This document shows, piece by piece, positions 46,986 through 57,461 of a DNA stretch of 64,000 nt. The DNA is taken from positions 62,001 through 126,000 of the forward strand of contig NIVC01001416.1 in assembly GCA_002269645.1 (NCBI GenBank), written 5' to 3'. This DNA comes from Macrostomum lignano (lineage: Eukaryota). The notes under the pieces were generated by a model. That model saw only the letters and a program-made list of their open reading frames with translations, was not told where the DNA came from and made no database searches. Position numbers and translations under genes: made by a program. The first letter of the stretch is position 1, and the number at the start of each line of letters is the position of its first letter.

Positions 46986-47382
46986 ATGTAATTCCAGAAA
47001 GATGGAATGCAGGGCTGAGTCTGCAGTTCCGAAGTCCAGCCTGAATGGAAAAGCTGTACTCAGTAGCTCCGTTGAGATCTCGAAATGTGAATGTCTCATC
47101 TGTAGTGTTGTGCTGCTGAGTGGGACAGCTGGGGCAGCTCAGTGTGTAAAAGTACCCTGTGATGCCACGGTCTGGTGGCAGCCAATCAACTGTTATTGAT
47201 GAATTTGTGGCAGAGCGAACAGCAGCCACTGTCACAGGATCCACCTGACCCGGCAACAGTTTTCCACACGACGTGCCTTGAGCAGCCGCCTCATCGCACA
47301 GCAGTAGAGCAGCTGCAGCAGCAACCAGAAGCAGCCTGTAGAAGCAGAAGAGAGACCGACCTCTGTCTGCTTGAGAACTCAT
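46986..47382 (-). CDS. Gene B exon 1 (signal peptide plus FN3); junction to exon 2 creates TGA, so possibly truncated or a pseudogene
   Basis: ATG at 47382; paralog of gene A exon 1; donor T|GTGAGA. Confidence 0.7.
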
Positions 47383-48169
47383 TTAGTAGTTTTGTTTAAT
47401 TCGTTTTTAAAACTCTACCGGGTAGTTAAGGTATATTCAGTCAGTAGATGTATGGCTTGCTTTGAAAACTTATTTTTTCAGCTCGACTTTCAGTACTATT
47501 TATAGGCGATTAATGATTACCCATGACTAATGCTTTATCAGACTATTCGTAACTCACTCGTTTACCATGAGCTCGCTCTTATCTGTAGTTTTCTACTGTA
47601 TCATGCAACCTATGGCTATAGGCCTTGCCTTGTGTAGCGAAGCGTACGATTTGTACAGACAAACCCGTATATATGTATGAGTACATGTAGATTAAATAGA
47701 AAATCTAGCTGGAAAAAGAGTCAGGACTCAGTACTCATAAAGTCAAGAAATTTCGAAAAAAACTGTTCTTATCGAGCTCGTGTTTTTTATCTGGACCCGG
47801 ATGAGTCCATACAGTATTTCACTGGTTAGCTGAGTTCATTTGAAAATTTTGAGTCTTCTTTTGCGGCATGCCTAAATGTATTCAGTTCAGAATTGATAAG
47901 GCATGCATATCCGTTTTGTTTGTTTTTTTAAATATTGCATCGCAAACAAGAGAAAAATAGCAAATCTAAGGATTTTGTTAATCTAATTAGTTCCAACATT
48001 TTCCGCTCAAGTTTGCTTGTTGATTTAGAAAACTTGTCAGAGTACAGGTATAGAGGTGGCACCTTCTCAGCACAATTAGTGCAAAGGAAACTGCCGCCCC
48101 CTCACCTCCGAAGCACAGCTAGCGACCATTGCAACGCCCCTCGTATGGCACCCTTTGCAAGGCGCCCCC

Positions 48170-49552
48170 CCAATGTTACCCCCAGTGTGTTGCCCCCAGT
48201 GTGTTGCCCCCAGTGTGTTGCCCCCAGTGTGTTGCCCCCAGTGTGTTGCCCCCAGTGTGTGTTGCCCCCAATGTGCTGCCCCCAGTGTGTGTTGCCCCCA
48301 GTGTGTTGCCCCCCCCAATGTGTTGCCCCCCAACGTGTTGCCCCCAGTGTTTTCCCCCAGTGTGTTGCCCCCAGTGTGTTGCCCCCCGTGTGTTGCCCCC
48401 TAGTGTGTTGCCCCCAGTGTGTTGCCCGCAGTGTGTTGCCCCCAGTGTGTTGCCCGCAGTGTGTTGCCCCCAGTGTGTTGCCCCCAGTGTGTTGCCCGCA
48501 GTGTGTTGCCCCAGTGTGTTGCCCGCAGTGTGTTGCCCGCAGTGTGTTGCCCCCAGTGTGTTGCCCCCCAGTGTGTTGCCCCCAGTGTGTTGCCCCCAGT
48601 GTGTTGCCCCCAGTGTGTTGCCCCCAGTGTGTTGCCCGCAGTGTGTTGCCCGCAGTGTGTTGCCCCCAGTGTGTTGCCCCCCAGTGTGTTGCCCGCAGTG
48701 TGTTGCCCCCAGTGTGTTGCCCGCAGTGTGTTGCCCCAGTGTGTTGCCCCCCAGTGTGTTGCCCCCAGTGTGTTGCCCCCCAGTGTGTTGCCCCCAGTGT
48801 GTTGCCCCCCAGTGTGTTGCCCCCAGTGTGTTGCCCCCAGTGTGTTGCCCCCAGTGTGTTGCCCCCAGTGTGTTGCCCCCAGTGTGTTGCCCCCAGTGTG
48901 TTGCCCCCAGTGTGTTGCCCCCAGTGTGTTGCCCCCCAGTGTGTTGCCCCCCGTGTGTTGCCCCCAGTGTGTTGCCCCAGTGTGTTGCCCCCAGTGTGTT
49001 GCCCCCAGTGTGTTGCCCCAGTGTGTTGCCCCCCGTGTGTTGCCCCCTAGTGTGTTGCCCCCAGTGTGTTGCCCGCAGTGTGTTGCCCCCAGTGTGTTGC
49101 CCGCAGTGTGTTGCCCCCAGTGTGTTGCCCCCCAGTGTGTTGCCCGCAGTGTGTTGCCCCCAGTGTGTTGCCCGCAGTGTGTTGCCCGCAGTGTGTTGCC
49201 CCCAGTGTGTTGCCCCCAGTGTGTTGCCCCCAGTGTGTTGCCCCCAGTGTGTTGCCCCCAGTGTGTTGCCCCCAGTGTGTTGCCCCCAGTGTGTTGCCCC
49301 CAGTGTGTTGCCCCCAGTGTGTTGCCCCCAGTGTGTTGCCCCCAGTGTGTTGCTCCCAGTGTGTTGCCCCCAGTGTGTTGCCCCCCAGTGTGTTGCCCCC
49401 AGTGTGTTGCCCCCAGTGTGTTGCCCCCAGTGTGTTGCCCCCAGTGTGTTGCCCCCAGTGTGTTGCCCCCAGTGTGTTGCCCCCAGTGTGTTGCCCCCAG
49501 TGTGTTGCCCCCCAGTGTGTTGCCCCCAGTGTGTTGCCCCCAGTGTGTTGCC
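48170..49552. repeat. ~15-bp minisatellite (cagtgtgttgccccc) with variable C-run, ~90 copies
   Basis: Read directly. Confidence 0.97.
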
Positions 49553-49858
49553 TCATATATCTCATTGTTTTTATTTACCTTCGAATTATTTGTAATCGAT
49601 CTTTCCCCTGAGGAGAATTGTAGAGAGTATTGCAGGGTTTCAGGGTTGCTATTGTACAGCATGTATGACATACTTTTCACTCGCTCTCTGCCCCTCCCTT
49701 TTATTCCCAGTAATTTACCATTAGCGATAGTTAATTATATTTAATAAATCCTAAGAGGCTTCGTCAACTCTCATTCAAATCTCTCTGAGCTTTTTGAATT
49801 TAAACTACGACTTTATAGGTAAGAACTTTGGGATGATTTTACATTGCAACCTGTGCTT

Positions 49859-51748
49859 CAGGGGCGTCGCCATGGATTTTATGATGGTTAGGGGCGGACT
49901 TAGCCAAGAATTTTACATGACTAAATTCCTAAATTACTTCGGTAATCAGTGCTTTTAGCAATCATTATTGCGCCGCAGACATTCGTTTTGGCGCCGCAGG
50001 CAGTCACTTACACATGTATTGGCACCGCAGGCAGACACTTATTTTGGCGCCGCAGGCACTCATTTTGGCGCCGCAGACACTCGTTTTGGCGCCGCAGACA
50101 GGCACTCATTCTGGCGCCGCAGACAGGCACTCATTCTGGCGCCGCAGGTAGGCACTCATTTTGGCGCCGCAGGCAGGCACTCATTCTGGCGCCGCAGGTA
50201 GGCATTCAATCTGGCGCCGCAGGCAGGCACTCATTCTGGCGCCGCAGGTAGGCACTCATTCTGGCCCCGCAGGTAGGCACTCATTCTAGCGCTGCAGACA
50301 GGCACTCATTTTGGCGCCGCAGGCAGGCACTCATTCTGGCGCCGCAGGTAGGCACTCATTTTGGCGCCGCAGGTAGGCACTCATTCTGGCCCCGCAGGCA
50401 GGCACTCATTCTAGCGCTGCAGACAGGCACTCATTTTGGCGCCGCAGGCAGGCATTCAATCTGGCGCCGCAGGTAGGCATTCATTCTGGCGCCGCAGGTA
50501 GGCATTCAATCTGGCGCCGCAGGTAGGCACTCATTCTAGCGCTGCAGACAGGCACTCATTTTGGCGCCGCAGGCAGGCACTCATTCTGGCGCCGCAGGTA
50601 GGCACTCATTTTGGCGCCGCAGGCAGGCACTCATTCTGGCGCCGCAGGTAGGCACTCATTCTGGCCCCGCAGGCAGGCACTCATTCTGGCGCCGCAGGTA
50701 GGCACTCATTCTGGCCCCGCAGGCAGGCACTCATTCTAGCGCTGCAGACAGGCACTCATTTTGGCGCCGCAGGCAGGCACTCATTTTGGCGCCGCAGGCA
50801 GGCACTCATTCTGGCGCCGCAGGTAGGCATTCAATCTGGCGCCGCAGGCAGGCACTCATTCTGGCGCCGCAGGTAGGCACTCATTCTGGCCCCGCAGGTA
50901 GGCACTCATTCTAGCGCTGCAGACAGGCACTCATTTTGGCGCCGCAGGCAGGCACTCATTCTGGCGCCGCAGGTAGGCACTCATTTTGGCGCCGCAGGCA
51001 GGCACTCATTCTGGCGCCGCAGGTAGGCACTCATTCTGGCCCCGCAGGCAGGCACTCATTCTAGCGCTGCAGACAGGCACTCATTTTGGCGCCGCAGGCA
51101 GGCATTCAATCTGGCGCCGCAGGTAGGCATTCATTCTGGCGCCGCAGGTAGGCATTCAATCTGGCGCCGCAGGTAGGCACTCATTCTAGCGCTGCAGACA
51201 GGCACTCATTTTGGCGCCGCAGGCAGGCACTCATTCTGGCGCCGCAGGTAGGCACTCATTTTGGCGCCGCAGGCAGGCACTCATTCTGGCGCCGCAGGTA
51301 GGCACTCATTCTGGCCCCGCAGGCAGGCACTCATTCTAGCGCTGCAGACAGGCACTCATTTTGGCGCCGCAGGCAGGCATTCAATCTGGCGCCGCAGGTA
51401 GGCATTCATTCTGGCGCCGCAGGTAGGCATTCAATCTGGCGCCGCAGGTAGGCACTCATTCTGGCGCCGCAGACAGGCACTCATTTTGGCGCCGCAGGCA
51501 GGCACTCATTCTGGCGCCGCAGGTAGGCATTCAATCTGGCGCCGCAGGTAGGCACTCATTCTGGCGCCGCAGACAGGCATTCATTTTGGGGCCGCAGGTA
51601 GGCACTCATTCTGGCGCCGCAGGCAGGCTCTCGATTGATTTTGGCGCCAACAGAGTCGCTATACCTTGGCGCCTTGAAGAAAAATTATTGCTTTCTAAAA
51701 CAAAACAAAACATTGACATGCCCCCATGCCCCCTACGCGACGCCCCTG
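49859..51748 (+). mobile_element. Non-autonomous DNA transposon with 12-bp TIRs (caggggcgtcgc/gcgacgcccctg) and ~1.6-kb internal 25-bp minisatellite
   Basis: Perfect TIRs; unit aggcactcatt(c/t)tggcgccgcagg(t/c). No exact TSD. Confidence 0.85.
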
Positions 51749-53099
51749 TCGTGCGCTATGTCTCTGCTGGCGTCAACAACTTCGGGTTGCTCTGGCACTG
51801 ATGTGTACAGCGGGTGCAAGGCCATGCTATCTAAGACCAAGACCTTGGCTGACTGAAGTTTGATAGCTTGTGGTGTGTCGGAGTGGCCAAGGGATCCCGT
51901 ATGCTGCACTAGCGGCCACATTCACCCGCACAGTGGGACCAGTCACCTGCACAAAAGTACACCCTACCCTAGGGAAACTCAAGCAAAGAAGACAGACTCC
52001 CAGCAGCCTACGGGCAAAGCTCAGGGACTGAGGGAACTCTTTCGTCTGGTGAGTGGAATCACTTGACTTTCCTAAAAAATGATTTCCCCTGGAACTGCGG
52101 TGTTGTGCGACAATCAAGATGACGCTAATGACTACGTTTCCTGGCCTATATTAAGTATCCATATTTTTACTTACGCATAGCATATTAATGGCAATGTATT
52201 AGTTCCTTACATTGATTGAATTGCAGTTTCACTTTTACGTCTCCTGAAATGATGATCCGAATACCTTGATTTGACACGGCAGGCAGGTGAGGTCACTCGG
52301 CGCTGGATAGATCCAGGTAGTTCAGGCTGATGCCTGAAGGATGATGTTGCTGACGTAAACGACCGTTGATGCTCTGGGCTTTGATCTCTTGGTTGAAGTT
52401 TGGGTGGCCATAGGTTAGGAGGAATTGAAAACAAACCGCTCATATGTATACTATAGAGCTATAATCACGAATCATGAGCTGCCCGGGCTAAGCCTACATT
52501 GCCTAGCGTTCGAGAGAAATCACCTGTCTATAGCCTTGCTGTGATTGAATACTAAAATGGGGTGGATCGCGGCTTAGGAGAAAATTAAAATCGGGAGGTC
52601 ACATGACTGGAAGAAAAACTAGCCTTGCGGGAATGGGGGAGTTTTTGATTGATGGTTTCGAAGGTTCAGGTTGGGTGTAGGGAAGGATAGGGGCGTAGGG
52701 AATGAGTCTTCGAATGAGCCGTTGGGAGTAGGGACCTATAGATATCTACGATTGGGATCGAGCATGCATGGGTGAAAATGTACACAAAGGGACATCGATA
52801 TTATCATCAGAATTTTTGCAGGGCCGGGCAGCTGTAACATCATTTATTGAAGCAGCTACTTACATGTAAGATGACATTAGTGATGAAGTAAGGACTTAAA
52901 GGGCAAATTATAATTTACGCAGCTTGCAGCCTTGACGCGCATTTTCTGGCTCTAAATTGTGTTAAAAGAATGCTGATACATTTCCTCAGTTTTTTATGTT
53001 GTCCAGATTAATTTTCACGTTCACAAATTTTCGCAAACTATATGAAAATCCTGCAAACTCGCGGTACATGCGGAGAGGTCTGCTTCCCTAGATGCGATG

Positions 53100-53915
53100 T
53101 GTCTTCTCGCTGTAAGAGGTGTCCATCAGGGCCGACCCGGGTTTTCATTGTGAGGACCTGGGCGCTGGTTGGACCCTCTGGTACACATCGGCGGACCAAC
53201 GAGGCCGTAGAGCGTGTTGGAGCGCTGAATGGACACGGCTACTACGGGTCGACGTCCGACAATCGCAGCCACCTTTGCCGGGAGAAGGAAGAGTTTCAGT
53301 GTAGCCCACGTCGATCGTGCTCTGCGTGCCGGATGACATCGAGGCTGGAAGTTTCTGCCGAGGAGCTGACGGGCAGGTGACGAAGTTGCAGCACTGTCAG
53401 CAGTTCTGGTGCCTGACGACGTCTCCGTGCAGAGGCCATGTAACCGCCAAAGGGGGAGGCCTCGCTGTTTCAGCGGTGATCGATACCGTCCTGTTGTACA
53501 TGTACAACGCTGAGACCTGGACGCTGGAGGGTTCACTTGAACAGCAGGTCGATGCGGCTAAGCAAAATTTGGCTACGAGCGAGTCACCAAATGCGGCACT
53601 CTATCGCCGCACCAGCCTGTCTGTCACAGCCAACTGTTGCGCCTTCGGAAACTCCAGCTGGCAAGCCATCATACAAACGAGTCGTAGTAACTGCCCGCAA
53701 TCGGTGCATGAGGTGCGCTGCTGCTGACGCTACGGGCACCCTACCGGCGGGAACAGACGCACACTCGGCGTTTCGTCGACTGCCTGCTGGCTGATGCCGG
53801 CGCCCTGAACACTGCCGGAGGTGCGGCTTAGTTTGCGCCCAGGCCCCGAAAAGCGCCCTGTGAAGTTGGCGATCACGCTTGACTGGCTCTTACAGCGTAT
53901 GCGTGTATAGTTTGT
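53100..53915 (+). mobile_element. Decayed 3' fragment of an RTE-like non-LTR retrotransposon
   Basis: VIDTVLLYMYNAETWTL...QVDA resembles the RTE C-terminal LLYGxETWTL motif. Ends in a (TTTG)n-like tail. Confidence 0.65.
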
Positions 53916-55089
53916 TTGTTTGTATTTTTTCATCGTTTTTTTCAACAAAACTGAAGCAAAAAAATCAAGCACACTGTGACGTTCTTAGTTGCAGGTTCCC
54001 AAAAGGATGGTGAACTCAACAATGGCGGAGTAGATTTGTAGCGGTAGCACTTGGCAATTCAGCGGCAAGATAAATAAAGGCCGCAACTTAGGGCACTACT
54101 TACAGTAAACGTGAGAATACGGAACTGGTAATGTTTTAAAGTTGGTACCGTATGTCAAAACGGCCCTTGGCGGGGCTACTGAAGTTGGCAACGTCACACA
54201 CACCGAATATCCCAAATTTTCGGCAGTCAAATTTCATCGGCAACTACATGCCATAAGATCCAAACAGGCTTAACAAGGAAATTAAGGGTGCATTGTCTTA
54301 CATAGCACTGTAACTTTTTATTGGCCGTGATTGTAAACACAAACACAAAAAAACAGTTGAGGCAACATGTACTTGGACTAAGGAGATACCCAGAACTCCT
54401 TGAGACGCAACCTGTCCTTGACAAGTACATGTACTGACATGTTTGCCTGAATTATTGTATGGCACATAAATTGTATGGCACATATCACACATGTACAATC
54501 CGGTCACACAATTAGGCTTAGTTGTCTACTGTGAGTAGGTTGTTAATGCGCTAGTAATGAAAAGTGTTTTGCGACAAATCTAGTTTTAGATTGACTAATT
54601 CTTACAATTTTCTTAATGTATAAAGATTATTATCATGCTGAAGTCCGCGGAAATTAACGAGCGTAAATGCTTTCTTAGAAACTTTCCGCGCCAGCTTAAC
54701 AGTGATAGGTGCTTGCAGTTAATTTTTAATCCATTAAAGTAATATAGAAATGGGTATGCATGCCTACATTTAACTTTAACTTTATCTTTAACTCTACATT
54801 TTAACTTTAACTTTATTTTCAACTATTATCCTTTCTTTTCAGCTACACTTACCTATTGTCATAACCCAAGTATAGGATAGTGTTGATGGTTGTTCTTTTA
54901 TGCAAAAAATAAACGTGTTGAATCTCAATCTCAATAAAAATGACTAGGCCTAAGGCCTATAGATATTGTAGCTCATAAATGTCATAGTCCAGATCATGCT
55001 AGGTGCATGCCTGATCAAAAATCTAATAATTACAAATGCACAGTGCACCAAAAAATTGAGTGCATACCCGTGATACCTATTCTCCAAAC

Positions 55090-55379
55090 AGCAATGGCTA
55101 GAGTTCTGGCACTGGAACCCGTTTTCTAACAGCTAGGGATCCGGCAGTGCCATATAGAAGCATATAAAGACTGCTAAGAACATATCTTAAGAAGTCTGAA
55201 TATTAGAAGCATCTTGTCCCGAATCTTATCATATCGTCTTAAATTTTAATCTAGAACAAAATCTCAATATCAGCCACCTGTAGAAAGAAAAATATAATGT
55301 TCCATCTATATTATAATGGCATTGCCAGATCCGTAGCCATTAGAAAATGGGTTCCAGTGCCAGAACTCTAGCCATTGCC
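55090..55379. mobile_element. Mutator-like MITE
   Basis: ~65-bp TIRs ((g/a)gcaatggctagagttctggcactggaaccc...) and exact 9-bp TSD tctccaaac at 55081-55089 and 55380-55388. Confidence 0.88.
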
Positions 55380-56114
55380 TCTCCAAACTATGTTGGTATT
55401 GCAACAATAAATGACCTTTTTAAATTGTGTAATAAACCCTTTTTGGCAAATAATTTAAATTTGGTTAATTTTTCTACTTTTTTGGTGATATCATTTATAG
55501 TAGAAAATTGATATAGGCCTATGTGAAGATATGTTCAAATGCTTTATTACAAGCTTAAAAAACTAACAAAAGCTTGAAATTTATGCTTTAAAATGAATTT
55601 TTTATCTTTTTTTAATGACTATTCCATATGATTTTATAAAGTGCATGCTAAGTGTGCATGCACACTATTTTCTTAAGAGTGATGCATGCCAACTATGCAT
55701 GTCTAGGCCCTACTTTTGGCATGCAAGGTCAATACATGCCTAAATTTTTGGGCATATATTACATGATCTGGAGTATAGCATAAATGAAAGGAAGGAATTA
55801 GGGAATCTTGGACTAAAAAGTTTGCATTTGAACAGTTAAGAGTTTTAGGGGTTGTAGGTAGAGATGCTAATACCAGGATCCTAGTATCTACACTCTCGAA
55901 TCTACTACATGGTACACCAGAAAAAATGACCCCCTACGCCATAAATTCAAGTTTATGTCAGAAAAAAAATGTTGCACATGATATGTATGCTGGAAAAAAT
56001 TGCAACGCTACACCAAATTCTAACTCAAATTTTGGGTCCCTTTTGTGTTGAATGTTGAGGCAGCCGGCAGGTAGGTAGGCTGTAGATGGGCAGGTGGAGC
56101 AGGTAGCACTGCCA

Positions 56115-57461
56115 CTACTCATCATCAACATCGTCAGCATCGTCGGCATTGGAGAACAACCTAACGTATGATGGGCAACGAGGTGAAAGGAACCTGCAAC
56201 CAGAAATGATGCTGCTGGTCCCTAAATTTTTTGCCCAGCTAAATGGCCCAAAAAAGGGCACATGGTGCGCCTGTATGCCACGCACCTCATCACCGGTGTA
56301 AAACACCTTAACCACCTGCTTTACAAAATGCTTGCCGGCATTGTTATCCATGGCAGGTAGCATCCAGCAAAGCTTCATCTGCCACTCTAGCATTTCATTC
56401 TTCTGGCCACCATGCTTCTGTTGAGAGCATATTGTCAAGTAGAATGACTCAATGATGGCCTTTGATGGAGGAAGGCAGGGTAGTAAGACAACTGTAAATG
56501 CTTTGTCAAATAGCATTTTAGTGGCTGCAAAGTGGCTATGATTAGGTTGGTATGGAATGTGTTTCTTACCAGTGCCAGAGCAATGTAGCGCAAAATCCAG
56601 CAGTGTGCAAACCTGCTGGCCGGCATGCTGGTAGACAGTGGGCTCTGTGTAGAATGACCGGTAGAGCGCCGCCTTGTCCACTGTTGCCGTGAAATTGATG
56701 CCAGAAATTGTGATGCCTATAATCCATAGTGCCAGCTTAGCAGGATATTGTGGTAGTGTAATCAAAAAGTGCGCAATGCTGCCAGTGATGGGCGGCTGCA
56801 GCCAGGTTTGACACCCTTTGCCCAAAAGAAGCACCTAGAAATTGTTACATTTATGCTATTTTGTAACGTTATAATCAACTTCTGACAGTAAGATCATGAA
56901 TACTTTATCCCCCTTCCCAAAAAATTCAATTCACTTGGTACTTAAACTTTGAACTTATGTGTTTGACTGTCTCAACGAAGCCTGAGGCAAGCTTGCCCAA
57001 TATTATTAGATTGAGGTCGTGCAGATGCTTATGCATGACAGCTGCTTGTGTCAGGTTTACGGCTTCCTGCGCAAACCAATCCACATCCAACCTGCGCATG
57101 CCCAATGAGGCCGACAGAAGGCGTATGGCACGCTCAGTGTCCAGGACAAAGCAGTCAACAAGGCATGGTTGCATGCACCGCCTGATCCGGATGACAAAAG
57201 AGCAATGGAAGGAAGCCGCCAGCTCCTTGATCTTGGCCTTAATGTCCTGTTAAAAATGAAAGGCTTTATATTTTTCACATGTACTTTCAGTATACTTTTC
57301 TGGTGCCACGGAACTACAGTAGGGAACAAAAGTACAAATTTGAAAAGTGCTGCATAATCTGCATCTTTCTGGCCCCTAGGAAGGTACCACACCTTCTTGT
57401 GAAGGAGCCACAGGTCTCCAATGTCTGCCCCAATTGAGGTTGCAGCCAAGTGAGCCGCCAA
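56115..57461 (-). mobile_element. Spliced hAT-like transposase remnant (exons ~57461-57285, 57246-56935, 56834-56115)
   Basis: Phase-0 GT-AG introns of 38 and 100 nt join ~400 stop-free codons. PPSKAIIESFYLTI...EMLEWQMKLCWMLP resembles the hAT dimerization domain. 5' part not recovered. Confidence 0.42.

Noticed and set aside
47935-49744. Cys/Pro-rich keratin-associated-like ORFs
   Set aside because: The repeat has no stop codon in any + frame and C-run slippage shifts frame constantly, which argues against selection on a protein.
52207-52443. 78-aa minus-strand ORF, possible first exon
   Set aside because: ATG and donor-like sites exist, but no partner exon or homology was found.
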